DNA of 63,919 nt, the filler included, from Octopus bimaculoides (Eukaryota): assembly GCF_001194135.2 (NCBI RefSeq). It is 6 parts of 6 records of this genome, joined end to end, with 100 filler letters (N's around TTAATTAATTAA, not from the genome) between each part and the next. Parts side by side here need not be neighbours in the genome. Positions count along the whole stretch, not along the records: positions 59,439 to 62,721 come from NW_026439381.1; positions 62,822 to 63,919 come from NC_068981.1; 4 more parts are not named here. One strand, written 5' to 3'. This document shows positions 61,493 to 63,919 of this stretch, one piece after another. A program made the position numbers and the translations under genes. The notes beneath the pieces were generated by a model. That model was not told the DNA's origin. It searched no databases and saw only the letters and a program-made list of their open reading frames with translations. The first letter of the stretch is position 1; every line of letters begins with the position of its first letter.

Positions 61493-62208
61493 GCATCTTT
61501 GAGTGTGTATGTGTGTATGTGTGTGTATGTGNNNNNNNNNNNNNNNNNNNNNNNNNNNNNNNNNNNNNNNNNNNNNNNNNNNNNNNNNNNNNNNNNNNNN
61601 NNNNNNNNNNNNNNNNNNNNNNNNNNNNNNNNNNNNNNNNNNNNNNNNNNNNNNNNNNNNNNNNNNNNNNNNNNNNNNNNNNNNNNNNNNNNNNNNNNNN
61701 NNNNNNNNNNNNNNNNNNNNNNNNNNNNNNNNNNNNNNNNNNNNNNNNNNNNNNNNNNNNNNNNNNNNNNNNNNNNNNNNNNNNNNNNNNNNNNNNNNNN
61801 NNNNNNNNNNNNNNNNNNNNNNNNNNNNNNNNNNNNNNNNNNNNNNNNNNNNNNNNNNNNNNNNNNNNNNNNNNNNNNNNNNNNNNNNNNNNNNNNNNNN
61901 NNNNNNNNNNNNNNNNNNNNNNNNNNNNNNNNNNNNNNNNNNNNNNNNNNNNNNNNNNNNNNNNNNNNNNNNNNNNNNNNNNNNNNNNNNNNNNNNNNNN
62001 NNNNNNNNNNNNNNNNNNNNNNNNNNNNNNNNNNNNNNNNNNNNNNNNNNNNNNNNNNNNNNNNNNNNNNNNNNNNNNNNNNNNNNNNNNNNNNNNNNNN
62101 NNNNNNNNNNNNNNNNNNNNNNNNNNNNNNNNNNNNNNNNNNNNNNNNNNNNNNNNNNNNNNNNNNNNNNNNNNNNNNNNNNNNNNNNNNNNNNNNNNNN
62201 NNNNNNNG

Positions 62209-62478
62209 TATTAGGTTGGTGCAGAATTATTGCGGCTTTTGTTTTTTTTGGTTTTTTTTCAAGAAATTTTATTCAACAAAAACAATAAGAACATGTAACA
62301 AAAACATCTTTGAATGATTATTCCGGGGCATATTCACCATCCACTTCAATTACTGCTTCCTATTTGCTTGGCAGACGGTCAGACCGTCATTTAAAGATAT
62401 TTTTGTTAAATATTGTTATTGTTTTTGTTGAATAAAATTGGCTGAAAAAAGCCGCAATAATTATGCACCAACCCAATA
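62209..62478 (-). mobile_element. mariner-derived MITE
   Basis: TIRs TATTAGGTTGGTGCAGAATTATTGCGGCTTTT / AAAAGCCGCAATAATTATGCACCAACCCAATA; internal minus-strand VIEVDGEYAPE* resembles the mariner C-terminus. Confidence 0.85.
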
Positions 62479-62646
62479 TGTATGTGTCTATATGTATGTG
62501 TATATATGTGTATATATATATGTATGTGTATATATGTGTGTATATATATGTGTGTGTATATATGTGCATATATATGCATATGTATGTGTATATATGTGCA
62601 TATGTATGTATGTGCGTGTATACATACATATCTATCTATCTTTCTA

Positions 62647-62721
<75 letters not shown>

Positions 62722-62821
62722 NNNNNNNNNNNNNNNNNNNNNNNNNNNNNNNNNNNNNNNNNNNNTTAATTAATTAANNNNNNNNNNNNNNNNNNNNNNN
62801 NNNNNNNNNNNNNNNNNNNNN
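62722..62821. other. Artificial scaffold join: 44N + TTAATTAATTAA + 44N
   Basis: 12-mer at 62766-62777. Confidence 0.95.
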
Positions 62822-62882
<61 letters not shown>

Positions 62883-63175
62883 AAACTTACTTGTAAGGAT
62901 GACCAGTGCATTCGATCATGTAATATATATATGAGTATATGCATATATACATACATGTATGTACATATGTACATCTACATGTATATATAGATGCATATCT
63001 GGGTACAGGACATTGCAAAAAAACGTGGAGAAAATGATAAACAAAGTACAGAAAACACACAAGCCACATTGAGAATATTTCCTTCATCAGCTACAACCAT
63101 TCTAAAACTAAGCATTTCGAAGAGTTAGGGCAGGACGCATTGTTAGAATGGCTCTTCCCACGGACCACAAATTAA

Positions 63176-63679
63176 ATGCCACCACATAACTTGACACTGA
63201 AGCTGGATGCTCCTATTATGTTACTTAGGAATCTTGACCCACCTCACCTGTGTAATGGAATTTACTTAATTGTTACTTCCATGAAGCCACATGTCCTATA
63301 GGCAACTGTCATAACAGGTAGTCACAAAGAAGAGAATGTCTTTATTCTCCCTCAAGGTAGTTGGACTTGATCTCTCTACTACATGCTTCTCCCATGGCCA
63401 ACTAGATGTTGGTTGGTCACAAGTTGGAAGCAGCAACAATTTATTCATTTGGACTCCGACAAAAAAATTACACAATGAATATTGTTTACCTTGAGTTGCT
63501 TCAAGATTGACATAATTTTAGTCTTAAATTCTATTATCATTACAATTTGGATAATGTTTTAATAAAATATAGATATTTTGAAATAATTAAGAGAAAAGAA
63601 TATATATTTTCATATTTGTTGTTTACTAATGTGAATAAGAACAACAGTAACCTGGGCAACGCTGGGTAATACAGATAGT
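63176..63679 (+). mobile_element. Helitron 3' end: PIF1-type helicase C-terminus plus terminal hairpin
   Basis: MPPHNLTLKLDAPIMLLRNLDPPHLCNG and LKVVGLDLSTTCFSHGQLDV are Helitron helicase motifs (stop and deletion present); CCTGGGCAACGCTGGG at 63651-63666 then ATAG-T as a degenerate CTAG-T end. Confidence 0.85.
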
Positions 63680-63689
63680 CTCATATCAT

Positions 63690-63919
63690 CATCATCATCA
63701 TCATCGTTTAACGTCCGCTTTCCATGCTAGCATGGGTTGGACGATTTGACTGAGGACTGGTGAAACCGGATGGCAACACCAGGCTCCAGTCTGATTTGGC
63801 AGAGTTTCTACAGCTGGATGCCCTTCCTAACGCCAACCACTCAGAGAGTGTAGTGGGTGCTTTTACGTGTCACCCGCACGAAAACGGCCACGCTCGAAAT
63901 GGTGTCTTTTATGTGCCAC
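63690..63919 (-). mobile_element. SINE with GGAAGGGCATCCAGC core and (GAT)n tail (V-domain-like core, RTE-like tail), cut by window end
   Basis: Minus strand ..GGCGTTAGGAAGGGCATCCAGCTGTAGAAAC..CCCATGCTAGCATGGAAAGCGGACGTTAAACGATGATGATG. Confidence 0.65.

Overview
AT-rich, repeat-saturated animal genomic DNA. The SINE families, microsatellite load and LINE/mariner content fit an octopus-type (coleoid cephalopod) genome; this is recognition, not a database result. There are many N gaps. Five are artificial 100-nt joins (44N+TTAATTAATTAA+44N), so the window is at least six independently assembled pieces. Nearly all supplied ORFs are microsatellite or N-gap artefacts. The only convincing host genes are a cluster of VWA5A-like (VIT + probable vWA + C-terminal helical domain) genes whose visible coding parts lack introns: a near-complete copy A (32390-34607, +), a 3' half B (30318-31067, -) and a 5' end C (41844-42207, +). 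They are near-identical in the VIT region and about 95% identical in the C-terminal domain, but differ sharply in one internal linker and in everything upstream of codon 4. This is the best candidate here for an under-described system, a diversifying retro-duplicated VIT-vWA family; its function cannot be read from the sequence. Other notable items: a textbook recursive-splice-site motif (37025-37073), a head-to-tail array of about 8 SINEs of different ages, R4/Dong-type LINEs sitting in (TAA)n tracts, a MITE with a 26-bp flanking duplication, an internally inverted mariner, an Asp/Ala heptad-repeat frame missed by the ORF track, and a Helitron 3' end.
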